Positions 21,365 through 32,172 of a stretch of DNA of 64,000 nt are shown piece by piece. The notes beneath the pieces are model-generated. The model had not been told where the DNA came from. It made no database searches and saw nothing but the letters and a program-made list of their open reading frames with translations. The stretch is from a phage. Each line of letters opens with the position of its first letter. Positions within the stretch are counted from its first letter, which is position 1. Made by a program: the position numbers and the translations under genes. Where the stretch lies: sequence record PZ496581.1; one strand, given 5' to 3'.

Positions 21365-22533
21365 AAGTATTCCAACGTCCAGGATATCCTAACTTAAGCG
21401 TTAAATTATACCAAGATTATTCGGCTTGGCAAGAAAATAGATACGTTGAACTCGCGGCAACAATAACAACTTTAACCATGCGAGATTCGCTATATGGAAG
21501 AAATGAAGGGATTCTTCAATTTTATGACACTAAAAACATCCACACTAAAATGGATGGTAGACAGATAGTCCAAATCTCTGTTTCAAATTCAAACACACCT
21601 CTCCAAGTTAGAACTCGAATTTACGGATGTAGACATTATTCTGTGTCTGTGGACTCAAAAGGTGACAATATTATTGCAATTGAGCTTGGAACAATACATT
21701 CTATAGAGAACCTTAAATTTGGGAGACCATTCTTCCCGGACGCAGGCGAATCTATACGTGAAATGTTAGGTGTCATATACAAAGACCGTGCGTTAATTAC
21801 TCCACCAATAAACACTATTAATGCTTATGTTCCTGATATCCCTTGGACAAGCACATTTGATGATTATTTGGCATATGTCAGAGAATTAGGACTTGCTACA
21901 GCGAGTGATAAGTTCGTATTCGTATGGCAAGATATTTTAGGCGTAAACATGATTGACTACGATACTCTTATTGGTCAGGAAGGCATTAAGATGGTTGTAG
22001 GTGAGCCAAATACTGTAGGTCAGTATATTCAAGAGCTTGAGTATCCATTAGTATGGGATTTCACCTGGATGACTAAAGCCAACCAATTTACAAGAGACCC
22101 TATTAAAAACGCCACAATATTCGCCCATTCATTTTTAGATACATCTATTCCGGTTATTGTTACAGGCGATGGTGATAATGCTATTGTTGTGTCAAGATCC
22201 GGTGGATATTCCGAAATGACCTATCGTAATGGATTTGAAGAAGCAAGTCGTCTTCAGACAATGGCTCAATATGACGGATATGCTAAATGCACTACTACAG
22301 GTAATTTTAACATAACGCCTGCTACTAAAATTATATTTGTTGACCAAAAGAACCAATTCAAATCCGAATTTTACGTGGATGAAGTTATTCATGAGTTATC
22401 AAATAACAACTCACAAACTCATCTGTACATGTTTACCAACTCAATGGTGTTAGAACCTGTTAACCCAGTTAAGGTTAAAAATGAACTTAAATCTGATTCT
22501 ACCTCTAAAGAAAATAATTCTACCACAGTCTAA
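21361..22533 (+). CDS. 27: Baseplate hub protein gp27
   Basis: 390 aa ORF; T4 gp27 is 391 aa. Confidence 0.93.
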   Translation: MKVFQRPGYPNLSVKLYQDYSAWQENRYVELAATITTLTMRDSLYGRNEGILQFYDTKNIHTKMDGRQIVQISVSNSNTPLQVRTRIYGCRHYSVSVDSKGDNIIAIELGTIHSIENLKFGRPFFPDAGESIREMLGVIYKDRALITPPINTINAYVPDIPWTSTFDDYLAYVRELGLATASDKFVFVWQDILGVNMIDYDTLIGQEGIKMVVGEPNTVGQYIQELEYPLVWDFTWMTKANQFTRDPIKNATIFAHSFLDTSIPVIVTGDGDNAIVVSRSGGYSEMTYRNGFEEASRLQTMAQYDGYAKCTTTGNFNITPATKIIFVDQKNQFKSEFYVDEVIHELSNNNSQTHLYMFTNSMVLEPVNPVKVKNELKSDSTSKENNSTTV

Positions 22534-23014
22534 TAAAAAGGTAATGATTCCTAAATTAGGGCTCAAACATTATAATCTTTTAAAGGACGTTAAAGGTCCT
22601 GATGAAAACATGAAAATCTTAGCTGATTCTATTTGTAAAAATATGAGTCCCTCAGATTTTGATTTTGCATGTCTACACATATTGGAATTTAATAACAAAC
22701 TTAAGTCTGAAGTTGAAAAAGATGGATTCACTTATAAACTAGATGACGTCTATGTATGCCAACGAACAGAATTCCAATTTCAAGGTAATACTTTTTATTT
22801 TAGACCCCCAGGCAAATTTGAGCAATTCGCTACAATCAGTGAAATGCTATCAAATTGCTTAATAAAAGTTAATGACGAAGAGAAAGAAATTTCTTTCCTT
22901 GAGATGCCTGCTTTTGTAATCAAATGGGCAGAAGACCTTTCGACAACTATTGCTATTCCAGGCCCTAATGGCCCTATTAAGGGTATAGCAGAAATTATTG
23001 GATTGCTTGAATGA
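22481..23014 (+). CDS. 28: Baseplate hub distal protein gp28
   Basis: 177 aa ORF (T4 gp28 is 177 aa); overlaps gene 27 by 53 nt; an alternative start at ATG 22543 after the gene 27 stop is possible. Confidence 0.8.
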   Translation: MNLNLILPLKKIILPQSNKKVMIPKLGLKHYNLLKDVKGPDENMKILADSICKNMSPSDFDFACLHILEFNNKLKSEVEKDGFTYKLDDVYVCQRTEFQFQGNTFYFRPPGKFEQFATISEMLSNCLIKVNDEEKEISFLEMPAFVIKWAEDLSTTIAIPGPNGPIKGIAEIIGLLE

Positions 23015-24783
23015 AACCTGAAGAAATGAAATCCATGCGTAGAAATAAGGTCATTGCCGATAATAAACCACAAAAAGTAGCTGCAACAGCAGCTACCGAT
23101 TCATTAGAAGCATTGAATGACATTTCATCAAAACTAGACGATGTCCAAGCCGCGTCTGAACTCACATCACAAAGTGTAGAAGATAAAGGCAATGGAATTA
23201 TTGAATCAATTGGAGACTTAAAGAATTCGACAGATAATACTGCTGAAGGCACAGAGCTTATCGCAGAAGTTATTGAAAAACAAACTGAAGTCACTAAAAG
23301 TATAAACGAAGTTTCTAGTGCAATAAGCTCTAAGTTAGACCGATTAGCTACATTATTAGAGCAAAAATTACAAACATCTACCGCTATTCAAAATACAGGA
23401 GGCACCTCTCTTGAAGTAATTGAGAACGCAATACCTGTTAAAGTGGTTGAGAATGAAACTTCTGATGAGTTGTTTAAAGCATTCCCTACACCTGAAAAGA
23501 TTGATAATAAGCCAGACGAAGATTTCTTCCCGGCTCCGGTTCAAGAAAGTGCTAATTCTACTTCCGATTCTAAAGGTGGAATTAGCTTTAAATTGAGCGA
23601 TAAAATTGCAATGCTCACCAAAACAGTTCAAACCGGGTTTAATAAATCAATATCAATTTCAGACAGAATTGCTGGAATGCTTTTCAAATACACTATAACG
23701 GCTGCTATTGAAGCAGCAAAAATGGCCGCACTTATTCTTGGTATTGTTATCGGTATTGATTTATTGATAGTCCATTTCAAATATTGGACCGACAAGTTCA
23801 CTTCTGCCTGGGATTTATTTGATGAAAACTTTACTAAATTCTCTGATGAAGCTAAAGAGTGGGGTAAATTCTTAAGTGATATATTCACTTCTATTGACTC
23901 GATAAAACAATTGTGGGAAGCTGGAGACTGGGGTGGTTTAACCGTTGCTATTGTCAAAGGCGTAGGAACAGCATTAATGAACTTAGGTGAACTAATTCAA
24001 TTAGGAATGGCTAAACTCTCCGCGTCTATATTGCGTGCTATAGGTTTTGGTGATACCGCGGACGAAATAGAAGGACGTGCTTTGGAAGGATTCCAAGAAA
24101 CTACTGGGAACAAATTAAAGAAAGAAGACCAAGAGAAAGTCGCTAAATATCAAATGAAGCGTGACGATGGGGAATTAGGAACCGTTTCTAAAGGTCTTGA
24201 TATGTTACAACGCGGCAAAACATTCGTTACTAACTGGGTTCGTGGTAATGACAATAAAGAAGAGTTTAGTACAAGCGATGAGCGTGCTGCGGAATCAGCA
24301 AAATTAAAAGAGTTACCTGAAGAGGAGCGTAAAGAGGCGTATATAAAAGCTAATGAAACTCGTGCGGCACTGGTTAGATTTGAGGATTATATCGATAAAA
24401 TCGATATGACTAATCCGGAAAATGCTAAAAACGTCGAGAAGTCTTATGCTGATTTAAGTAAACTTATTAAAGACCCTGAACTTAATAAAACTCCTGTTGT
24501 TAAAAAGGAATTAGATGCTAGATTTGAAAAGCTAAATAATAAAATGGCTGAAGCCAAAAAGGCTCAGACAACAGTTAAGCCTGAATCTTCGTCTAAATCT
24601 CCGGAAGCAAAACAAGTTCAGTCAATAGAGAAAGGACGTGCTTCTGAATCTAAACAACAGCAACCGGTAGCGGCGATTAGTAACACAAATAATGTCGTCA
24701 AAAAGAATACCGTAGTCCAGAATATGACCCCTGTAACAAGTACAACGGCTCCTGGAATTTTCCATGCCACCGGTGTTAATTAA
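23011..24783 (+). CDS. 29: Baseplate hub / tail length determinator gp29
   Basis: 590 aa ORF; T4 gp29 is 590 aa. Confidence 0.93.
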   Translation: MKPEEMKSMRRNKVIADNKPQKVAATAATDSLEALNDISSKLDDVQAASELTSQSVEDKGNGIIESIGDLKNSTDNTAEGTELIAEVIEKQTEVTKSINEVSSAISSKLDRLATLLEQKLQTSTAIQNTGGTSLEVIENAIPVKVVENETSDELFKAFPTPEKIDNKPDEDFFPAPVQESANSTSDSKGGISFKLSDKIAMLTKTVQTGFNKSISISDRIAGMLFKYTITAAIEAAKMAALILGIVIGIDLLIVHFKYWTDKFTSAWDLFDENFTKFSDEAKEWGKFLSDIFTSIDSIKQLWEAGDWGGLTVAIVKGVGTALMNLGELIQLGMAKLSASILRAIGFGDTADEIEGRALEGFQETTGNKLKKEDQEKVAKYQMKRDDGELGTVSKGLDMLQRGKTFVTNWVRGNDNKEEFSTSDERAAESAKLKELPEEERKEAYIKANETRAALVRFEDYIDKIDMTNPENAKNVEKSYADLSKLIKDPELNKTPVVKKELDARFEKLNNKMAEAKKAQTTVKPESSSKSPEAKQVQSIEKGRASESKQQQPVAAISNTNNVVKKNTVVQNMTPVTSTTAPGIFHATGVN

Positions 24784-24791
24784 GGATTATT

Positions 24792-25901
24792 ATGATTAGT
24801 GTAAAAGAAATAGTAGTAGATGCAAAGGATTTAAATAAAGCAATCCCAGTCTCAGAAAGTGCTGGGCAAAGCACTAAAACCGAAACAACTACTAAAACTT
24901 ATGTTGCTCAATTTCCTACAGGAAGAGCAGCCGGAAATGACTCCACAGGAGACTTCCAGGTAACAGACCTTTATAAGAATGGATTATTATTTACCGCGTA
25001 CAATATGTCTGCACGCGATTCAGGATCCCTCAGGAATTTACGTCCGGCATACGCCGGGACTTCATCTAATGGTATCATATCAGATTTAACTGATAATGTG
25101 AAAGATGCAGTGACTAAATTCTCTAATGGGTTGCTTCCTGCCGGAGCTAATAAATCTACTATAAATAAAACTCCTGTTGCTAATATACTTTTGCCACGTT
25201 CCAAATCTGACGTTGATACAACTTCACATCGTTTTAATGATATCGGTGATAGCCTTATTACTAAAGGTGGAGGTACTGCTACGGGTGTTTTAAGTAACAT
25301 TGCTTCTACTGCAGTTTTTGGTGCATTAGATTCTATTACTCAAGGGCTTATGGCTGATAATAACGAACAGATTTATACGACTTCTCGTAGTATGTATGGC
25401 GGTGCTGAGAACCGTACTAAAGTCTTTACATGGGATTTAACTCCACGTTCAACTGAAGACCTTATGGCTATTATAAACATTTACCAGTATTTTAACTATT
25501 TCTCATATGGTGAGACCGGTAAATCACAGTACGCCCAAGAGATTAAAAGTTATTTAGACGAATGGTACCGTTCAACGTTTATTGAGCCTATGACGCCAGA
25601 TGATGCAGTAAAAAATAAGACATTGTTTGAAAAGATTACTGCGTCATTAACAAATGTATTAGTTGTAAGCAACCCTACAATTTGGATGGTTAAAAACTTT
25701 GGTTATACGTCTAAATTTGATGGATTAACTGACGTATTTGGTCCATGCCAAATTCAAAGCGTACGTTTTGATAAAACTCCAAATGGACAATTTAATGGTC
25801 TTGCTGTTGCTCCTAACTTACCATCAACATTTACGTTAGAGATAACAATGCGAGAAATTATTACATTAAACCGTTCTTCACTTTATGCGGGGACTTTCTA
25901 A
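24792..25901 (+). CDS. 48: Baseplate tail tube cap gp48
   Basis: 369 aa ORF; position between 29 and 54. Confidence 0.9.
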   Translation: MISVKEIVVDAKDLNKAIPVSESAGQSTKTETTTKTYVAQFPTGRAAGNDSTGDFQVTDLYKNGLLFTAYNMSARDSGSLRNLRPAYAGTSSNGIISDLTDNVKDAVTKFSNGLLPAGANKSTINKTPVANILLPRSKSDVDTTSHRFNDIGDSLITKGGGTATGVLSNIASTAVFGALDSITQGLMADNNEQIYTTSRSMYGGAENRTKVFTWDLTPRSTEDLMAIINIYQYFNYFSYGETGKSQYAQEIKSYLDEWYRSTFIEPMTPDDAVKNKTLFEKITASLTNVLVVSNPTIWMVKNFGYTSKFDGLTDVFGPCQIQSVRFDKTPNGQFNGLAVAPNLPSTFTLEITMREIITLNRSSLYAGTF

Positions 25902-26863
25902 TGTACTCTTTAGAAGAATTTAATAACCAAGCTATAAATGCAGATTTCCAACGAAACAATATGTTTAGTTGTGTATTTGCTACTACACCATCAACCAAAT
26001 CGTCTTCACTAATTTCGTCAATTGGTAGTTTTGCTTATAATAACTTAGGGTTGGATTCAGATTGGCTAGGATTGTCTCAAGGTGATATCAATCAGGGCGT
26101 AACAACCCTGATTACAGCAGGAACACAGAAATTAATTCGAAAATCAGGTATAAGTAAATATCTGATTGGAGCAATGAGTCAACGTACGGTACAAAGCTTG
26201 TTAGGTGAGTTCACAGTAGGAGCTTATCTGATAGACTTCTTCAATATGGCATATAATAATACAGGTTTAATGATTTATTCTGTAAAAATGCCTGAGAACC
26301 GATTATCTTATGAAACGGATTTCAACTATAACTCACCGAACATCCGAATTACCGGCCGTGAAATGGACCCGTTAGTAATAAGCTTTAGAATGGATTCTGA
26401 AGCATCTAACTTTAGAGCAATGCAAGACTGGGTAAACTCGGTCCAAGACCCTGTAACAGGTCTTCGCGCTTTACCACAAGACGTCGAAGCAGATATTCAG
26501 GTTAATTTACACGCACGAAATGGTTTACCACATACCGCTGTCATGTTCACAGGATGTATTCCTGTTAGTGTCTCTTCTCCTGAGTTAACGTATGATGGTG
26601 ATAATCAGATAACAGTTTTTGATGTAACATTTGCTTATCGCGTTATGCAATCAGGTGCTGTAAATAGACAGGCTGCTTTAGAATGGCTGGAATCAGGACT
26701 TATTAGTAGTGTTTCAGGAATGTTTGGAAATAATCAGAATGATTCTGGACTAGGAAGTGCAGTATCAAGACTTTCTAGATTAGGTGGGACTGCTGGTGGC
26801 GTGTCTAATATAAACACATTGACAGGTGTGGTGAATTCTGCGTCAAGAGTTTTAGGACTATAA
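25901..26863 (+). CDS. 54: Baseplate tail tube initiator gp54
   Basis: 320 aa ORF; T4 gp54 is 320 aa. Confidence 0.93.
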   Translation: MYSLEEFNNQAINADFQRNNMFSCVFATTPSTKSSSLISSIGSFAYNNLGLDSDWLGLSQGDINQGVTTLITAGTQKLIRKSGISKYLIGAMSQRTVQSLLGEFTVGAYLIDFFNMAYNNTGLMIYSVKMPENRLSYETDFNYNSPNIRITGREMDPLVISFRMDSEASNFRAMQDWVNSVQDPVTGLRALPQDVEADIQVNLHARNGLPHTAVMFTGCIPVSVSSPELTYDGDNQITVFDVTFAYRVMQSGAVNRQAALEWLESGLISSVSGMFGNNQNDSGLGSAVSRLSRLGGTAGGVSNINTLTGVVNSASRVLGL

Positions 26864-26869
26864 GAAAAA

Positions 26870-26886
26870 GGGAGACAACGTCTCCC
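26870..26886 (+). terminator. Terminator hairpin after gene 54
   Basis: gggagac-aac-gtctccc followed by TTT, between convergent gene 54 and the minus-strand alt cluster. Confidence 0.7.
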
Positions 26887-26895
26887 TTTAGGGGT

Positions 26896-27189
26896 TTATT
26901 TACGGAATGAAAGGAATGCTGGTGCTCGGAATGGAGTATCATCTTTAGAGTATTTAACTAATACGACCATTGGTACCTCTGTTTCTAAATGACCTGTCAC
27001 TACACCGATAAAAATTTGATCAGTGTGCTCAGGGTCACGAAAGTTTTTAAGAGGTTCCATAGCAATATGGAATGCACCTGGGAATACTCGATTCAATTCG
27101 TCAATCACAGCTTCGTTAAAAACATCATCCGCTGGGATAGCATCTTCAACTACTAGTTCTTGACCATTAAAGCGAAGCATAGATTTCAT
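26896..27189 (-). CDS. Hypothetical protein (alt.-1-like position)
   Basis: 97 aa from ATG 27189 with SD GAGGAA; early-promoter cassette upstream. Confidence 0.6.
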   Translation of the reverse strand: MKSMLRFNGQELVVEDAIPADDVFNEAVIDELNRVFPGAFHIAMEPLKNFRDPEHTDQIFIGVVTGHLETEVPMVVLVKYSKDDTPFRAPAFLSFRK

Positions 27190-27214
27190 AACGTTTTCCT
27201 CATGTTGTTTATGG

Positions 27215-27249
27215 GATGATAGTATCACACATCCATGTGTTTGTAAACT
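27215..27249 (-). promoter_or_regulatory. Early promoter cassette (GTTTAC-N18-TACTAT)
   Basis: Minus-strand GTTTAC (27243-27248) and TACTAT (27219-27224) with conserved leader ..CATCAAACAACATGAGGAAAAC. Confidence 0.65.
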
Positions 27250-29335
27250 ATCCTTGGATAAATTTAAACGGAACTGATTCTAAATCCATTAAAGATGCTA
27301 ACAATTTCAAACCTTTAGGTGCACTAGTTTTTTCTACAAATGAGGAGAACGATACCGGCTCATCTGATTCGATTTCACCCGTCATAGCAACCACCTCGCC
27401 TGTTTCCATGAGAACATCACCATCATAAATGACAGCTTCGTCCAACTGGTCCGAGGACATGACTTCAGCTTGAATAAATTTAAGGTTGGATTCTAAACCT
27501 GCACCAGTGTCAGATGACGCATCTGTAATTTTATTTATCTGCAAGAGAATGCCTCTAGGCAAAATAATTTCTTGCTCATTAGGGTGATTACTCAACTGTC
27601 CTGGATAAATCACGTTAACTTTATGGGCGCCATCAATAGCCCATCCAACGTTAACACGGATTTGTTCTGGCGCATGCATAGCTGTTCTTACTTGACTAGG
27701 AGAAATGGTAACACCTTCGTCATTATTGTCAATGTTAAGCTCTTTGCGAACTTCTTCAGGAGCAAGTCCAAGGGCAACGTTCTCTTTAAACCCACCGAAA
27801 ATAATAGGAGCTAGTGAAGTGGAAACATAGTTTCTGAAGTAGAATACCTTATTTTTAACCATTGCTTCGTAAATAGGCATTCTGATAGACTGAGCTCTAT
27901 ATAACGTTAGTCCTTCAGGTAAACGGTCTCCATTTAAAAACGCCGAATCAAGACCATCAATAGCGCGTTTAACTTCATCTTCATCTGCAACATCGTAAAA
28001 ATCTGGTTTATAACGACCTAACAACATATTATTGATATCGGTATACGCAGAAGAGGCATATTCGCGAATAGCTCGTTTTTCAGCAACAGAGTATTGTTTA
28101 GGGTCCCGATTCATTGTTATATTAAAGGTGCCTCTAGCCGATTCTCGTGCATAAGTATACATCACATTAGACAAGAACGCTGATTTACGTTGTTTCCAAG
28201 TTTTTTCAGATACTTCAGCTAAAACATCGTCGGCCAGTTGGAAATTATCACGTCTAAAATCTTCAAACCATTCGTCTTTAATAGAGTCCGCAATTTCGTT
28301 TGCAGCTTCAACAAAAGCAGCTAATGCTTTAACAGATGTTGTTTTTTCAGTTTTAATTTTCTTAGCAAACTTTTCTAAAGTTGGCTTAATAACACTACCA
28401 TAAGAAACTTCATCAGCAAATCTAAAGGATTCATCAATACGATTATAAATCTTATTTTCGATATCAGCAACTAAAGTGCCTTTTGCTGTGGATGATGCTT
28501 GGGCTAGTACGATTTCATATGCTTCAGGAAGTAATTCGGCTGTAGCCGGGCCACTAACTTCTTTAGCAGAATTTTCGTATTTCTGGAATAACTCACCTTC
28601 TTGGCGGTCAGCTTCTAAAGATTGGCTTGCGGCAATAGCACGACGAGAAATTTTAGTACGAGCAATAACAGGCTTATCTTTACGTTTTTCTTCTACAGCA
28701 GCAATAGAACCAGCGATAGCCGTTTCTTTGGTGACTTTTTCGCCGGTCTTTTTACTCACATAAACTTCGCCAACATCAGAATCTACTTTCGTGTACAACT
28801 CTGTGTTAATGTTAGGGATGCCTTTAATATCTTCAATGTTGGCATTTTTACGAACCATCATCACATAGGTGTGTTTACCTGTGAATTGATACATTGCCGA
28901 CAATACTTTAAAACGACCACCGGTTTTAGTAGAAACTAAACGAGCAAGAAGAGTTTGAAGCTGTTGTCCACGTCCTTTCAATTTCTTGGTAGGGAATCGG
29001 AACAGAACTGCATCCATACGAAGAGCTTTAACTTGTTCATATACTGTATTGAAAATGGTGTTGATTGCATCAATAGGAGCAGGACCAAGGCCATTTTTCA
29101 ATTCAGCGAGATTACCCTTTTCAGACAGACTCATAATAACAACATGAGCGTATTTGTCGCCAAGTTTAACTTGTTTTACAGCGTCGCCTTCGGAAAGGTA
29201 AGAGAATAAACGAACTACAATATTTGTATCGATATCACCAATTTTCCAGACTTGTGGAACTTTAGCTTTAGGGTTCAAATTGACGACAGGAAGACTGCCT
29301 TCAGATTCAAACACTTCATTTAATTGTTCAGACAT
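27248..29335 (-). CDS. alt: Alt, virion-packaged ADP-ribosyltransferase
   Basis: 695 aa ORF aligning along its length to T4 Alt (..ISRRAIA.SQSLE.., ..LYRSQ..PIYEAMVKN.VFYFRNFVSTSL.., ..ITDAS.., C-terminal ..FVQG). Confidence 0.93.
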   Translation of the reverse strand: MSEQLNEVFESEGSLPVVNLNPKAKVPQVWKIGDIDTNIVVRLFSYLSEGDAVKQVKLGDKYAHVVIMSLSEKGNLAELKNGLGPAPIDAINTIFNTVYEQVKALRMDAVLFRFPTKKLKGRGQQLQTLLARLVSTKTGGRFKVLSAMYQFTGKHTYVMMVRKNANIEDIKGIPNINTELYTKVDSDVGEVYVSKKTGEKVTKETAIAGSIAAVEEKRKDKPVIARTKISRRAIAASQSLEADRQEGELFQKYENSAKEVSGPATAELLPEAYEIVLAQASSTAKGTLVADIENKIYNRIDESFRFADEVSYGSVIKPTLEKFAKKIKTEKTTSVKALAAFVEAANEIADSIKDEWFEDFRRDNFQLADDVLAEVSEKTWKQRKSAFLSNVMYTYARESARGTFNITMNRDPKQYSVAEKRAIREYASSAYTDINNMLLGRYKPDFYDVADEDEVKRAIDGLDSAFLNGDRLPEGLTLYRAQSIRMPIYEAMVKNKVFYFRNYVSTSLAPIIFGGFKENVALGLAPEEVRKELNIDNNDEGVTISPSQVRTAMHAPEQIRVNVGWAIDGAHKVNVIYPGQLSNHPNEQEIILPRGILLQINKITDASSDTGAGLESNLKFIQAEVMSSDQLDEAVIYDGDVLMETGEVVAMTGEIESDEPVSFSSFVEKTSAPKGLKLLASLMDLESVPFKFIQG

Positions 29336-29374
29336 AGTGTTTTCCTTTTAGTAATAATTTATATTTATGCCAAA

Positions 29375-29390
29375 AAGAGCCCGAAGGCTC
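29375..29390 (-). terminator. UUCG-tetraloop terminator upstream of alt
   Basis: Minus strand AGAGCC-UUCG-GGCUCU followed by UUUU. Confidence 0.65.
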
Positions 29391-29579
29391 TTAATCCACA
29401 ATCGGAAGCAAAGTACGATAAACTTCAAAATTAGAGCCTTTTTCGTACTTATCGAAATTGTCCATAAAAATATGATAGGAATCGTTATTAGGAAAATCTA
29501 ATATAATCTGAGAGCAAGAGGTGGAAACATCTCCACCATCCTTCTTAGCTACAATAACTGTTTCTAAATAAGCTTTCAT
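29391..29579 (-). CDS. Hypothetical small protein (62 aa)
   Basis: ATG overlaps the DNA ligase stop (ATGA coupling); the listed ORF extends 7 codons upstream into the ligase gene. Confidence 0.5.
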   Translation of the reverse strand: MKAYLETVIVAKKDGGDVSTSCSQIILDFPNNDSYHIFMDNFDKYEKGSNFEVYRTLLPIVD

Positions 29580-31072
29580 TATAAACCTGTCTGGGACCAC
29601 GGTCCAAATACGTCTTCAAACGAATCCGCTTCTGTTTTATCAAAACGGAACCCTTTAATAATTGGGAGGAAAATACCTACAGTGCCTTCACGTCCTTTAG
29701 AATGAACCCAACCATTGCATTCACAATCAGCAATACGTCCAATCAATTTACCTTCACGAGCTTCGGTCATTAATCGTTCACGGTCCAAATCATGTCGCTC
29801 ATCTAAAGGAATAAGAACCTTTACACCATCAACTGTTTTATGAGTTGTATCTTTAAACCCTGAACCACAATCGGTTGTAATACGACGACAACGTGATACG
29901 AGTTCGACACCACCTAATTTGTTAGGGTCTTTAGAGTGTTCATAGTATCCTACAACTTCTAAAGCGATATCAATAACTTCTTTAAATTTAATTAGGTTCT
30001 TAGAACGTTTGTTTTCCCAATATGAATCACGGTTTTTAAGGATAATACCTTCAAGACCTTGGTCAACATATTTTTTATAAACCACTTTAGCTTCGTCAAG
30101 ATTACGAACTAACTGATTTTCAATTGGCTCAATTCGTTTAAAGCCTTCAGCCATATTTTCAAGAGCAGCAAAACGAACATCGTATTTCTGACCTTTAATT
30201 TTGCCATCAGAATAGACTTCATCTAAAGGAACATAGTCCCAGGCTTGAAGAACCATACCTTCAGCTTCTTTAGGAGAAATAGTCCCTTGAAGAGATTTAT
30301 TTGCTAAACCGTTTGAAGTGCTACGGTCCGCAACTTGTACTTCTTCGGATTCTTCATTATCACCAAATAAGAACGACAGGTCATTTCCTGAGCTCACAGC
30401 CTTTTTAATATCAAATGAATGGTAAACTAATTCACCGTCGATTAAAACCCCATTAGGGTGTCTTTCACGAGCTTCTTTAGTCATTTCCATTAGTTCATCC
30501 GCTAATAGAGTAAGACCATGATATTCGTTGCCGGCACGAGAAAAGAATTGAACACCATCATCGCGAACTTCAGCGAAACAACGAGCACCATCTGCTTTTA
30601 ATTGGGCAAATGCGGGCCATTTAATATTTTTAGTAATCAATTTCTCATCATATGCAGATGCTAACATCTGTGGTTGCAATTGAATAAGTCCAGGCCACAC
30701 CTTATTCGCGATAGACACTGAAGCACCTACTTCAAGGTCGCGCATCATTACACGACGAAGGACTTCTACATCATCAGGTTTACCGTCAGCGATATAACCC
30801 ATGAGCTCTTTAATTGCAGCATTACCAGTGAGTTTACGAGTGGCTAATGTGAACTCAATAAAATCCAACATGTCATCTAATTCAAGAAGACCATACGCTT
30901 GAGACCTTTCACCTGGTCCTGGCCATTTCTTAATATAATACTGGATACCACGTGCATATGTTAAACGATACACACGTTCAAGTAATTTGTTGTCCTTATT
31001 TTTCTTAAGGATTTCCTGTTTTGTTTTAGTAGAACCGATCGCAGCTATTTGGTTTAAAATATCTAAAATCAT
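29579..31072 (-). CDS. 30: ATP-dependent DNA ligase gp30
   Basis: 497 aa ORF near-identical to T4 DNA ligase (MIL.ILN.IA.IGSTK.KQ.IL.KNKDN.., adenylation motif KADGAR). Confidence 0.96.
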   Translation of the reverse strand: MILDILNQIAAIGSTKTKQEILKKNKDNKLLERVYRLTYARGIQYYIKKWPGPGERSQAYGLLELDDMLDFIEFTLATRKLTGNAAIKELMGYIADGKPDDVEVLRRVMMRDLEVGASVSIANKVWPGLIQLQPQMLASAYDEKLITKNIKWPAFAQLKADGARCFAEVRDDGVQFFSRAGNEYHGLTLLADELMEMTKEARERHPNGVLIDGELVYHSFDIKKAVSSGNDLSFLFGDNEESEEVQVADRSTSNGLANKSLQGTISPKEAEGMVLQAWDYVPLDEVYSDGKIKGQKYDVRFAALENMAEGFKRIEPIENQLVRNLDEAKVVYKKYVDQGLEGIILKNRDSYWENKRSKNLIKFKEVIDIALEVVGYYEHSKDPNKLGGVELVSRCRRITTDCGSGFKDTTHKTVDGVKVLIPLDERHDLDRERLMTEAREGKLIGRIADCECNGWVHSKGREGTVGIFLPIIKGFRFDKTEADSFEDVFGPWSQTGL

Positions 31073-31338
31073 TTGATGTCCTCGATTTTGGTTACGGTTC
31101 TATTATAAGCCACTTCATCTAGAAGCGATTTCAGCGTTTTCTGATAAGTTGTAATCCATTTACCGAGTCCTTCAACATAGTATTCTGAAATGTAGATGAA
31201 CCCTTGTTCAACACACTCTTTAAATATTTCTGCGTCTTTTACTGAACGAAACAATGGCCAGTCTCGAAAGAACATGTTAACGTGACCGTAGTCACGTGTG
31301 GTATTTTTGCCATCTGTAATATCATGAACTACAAACAT
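31069..31338 (-). CDS. Hypothetical protein (30.1-like position)
   Basis: 89 aa ORF, 4 nt overlap with the ligase start. Confidence 0.6.
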   Translation of the reverse strand: MFVVHDITDGKNTTRDYGHVNMFFRDWPLFRSVKDAEIFKECVEQGFIYISEYYVEGLGKWITTYQKTLKSLLDEVAYNRTVTKIEDIK

Positions 31339-31347
31339 AATTAACCC

Positions 31348-32172
31348 TTAACAATTTATAGACCAAGTCCATTTAGACGAATCTAAAGGAAAGTTTTGAA
31401 TCGTCCACCACGGCTGCATATCAGTTGGTCCTGGGGTTCGCCAGGTATATGGAGTACGTGTTGTCGAGGGGCCACCAATTTGATTAGGCCATGCACCTGG
31501 ACTTGTTGCACCAGATTCTTTAAGCAAATCCGCCAATCGTTTTAAAAGGTCTTCACGATCTGAATCTGAATTATTCTTAGGCAGAACCAAACGAGATTCA
31601 ATATCATCCCACGTGTGTACACGTTGTGCAGTACGAGGAATGGCATCACGTTCACCACGAGCCAACCAATAAATCGGTACATTAAGAATTTCTGCCGCAT
31701 GGTCACAATGATGAGCTAAATCGTCAACGTAACAAATTACGTTATATTTTGTTTTAGCTAGTTCGAATAATTGTTCCTTTGAAGAATCATGACCACACAT
31801 CATTACTTCAGAGAAAGCGCCTGGGAACAAAGCATTCAAATTAAATTGTCTATTCAATCGAGCATCAATTGAATCACCTAGCGCCGTCACGGCTACAAAA
31901 TTATAGTCTTCTTTTAGTTTATTGATAACTCGAAGAGCATCAGAATAAGGCGCTAAGTAACGAATAAAATCAGAGCTATTATATTTTTCTATTAATTGTT
32001 TACCAAGGTTATCGTCGGTATTGAACAGTTTACCAGGAGAAATAAATTTTTCGTCCTGAATCATTTTTAAAATATGTTCTAATGGAAGGTTATATTTTTG
32101 GGCAAAATAAGGAAGTCCAGATTGCCAGCTTAAACATACACCATCAATATCAGTCAAAATAGTAGGCTTCAT
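31348..32172 (-). CDS. HAD-superfamily hydrolase-like protein (30.2-like position)
   Basis: 274 aa ORF with N-terminal HAD motif I (ILTDIDGVCL) and a conserved Asp-rich region (CYVDDL); Trp/Pro-rich C-terminal tail. Confidence 0.65.
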   Translation of the reverse strand: MKPTILTDIDGVCLSWQSGLPYFAQKYNLPLEHILKMIQDEKFISPGKLFNTDDNLGKQLIEKYNSSDFIRYLAPYSDALRVINKLKEDYNFVAVTALGDSIDARLNRQFNLNALFPGAFSEVMMCGHDSSKEQLFELAKTKYNVICYVDDLAHHCDHAAEILNVPIYWLARGERDAIPRTAQRVHTWDDIESRLVLPKNNSDSDREDLLKRLADLLKESGATSPGAWPNQIGGPSTTRTPYTWRTPGPTDMQPWWTIQNFPLDSSKWTWSINC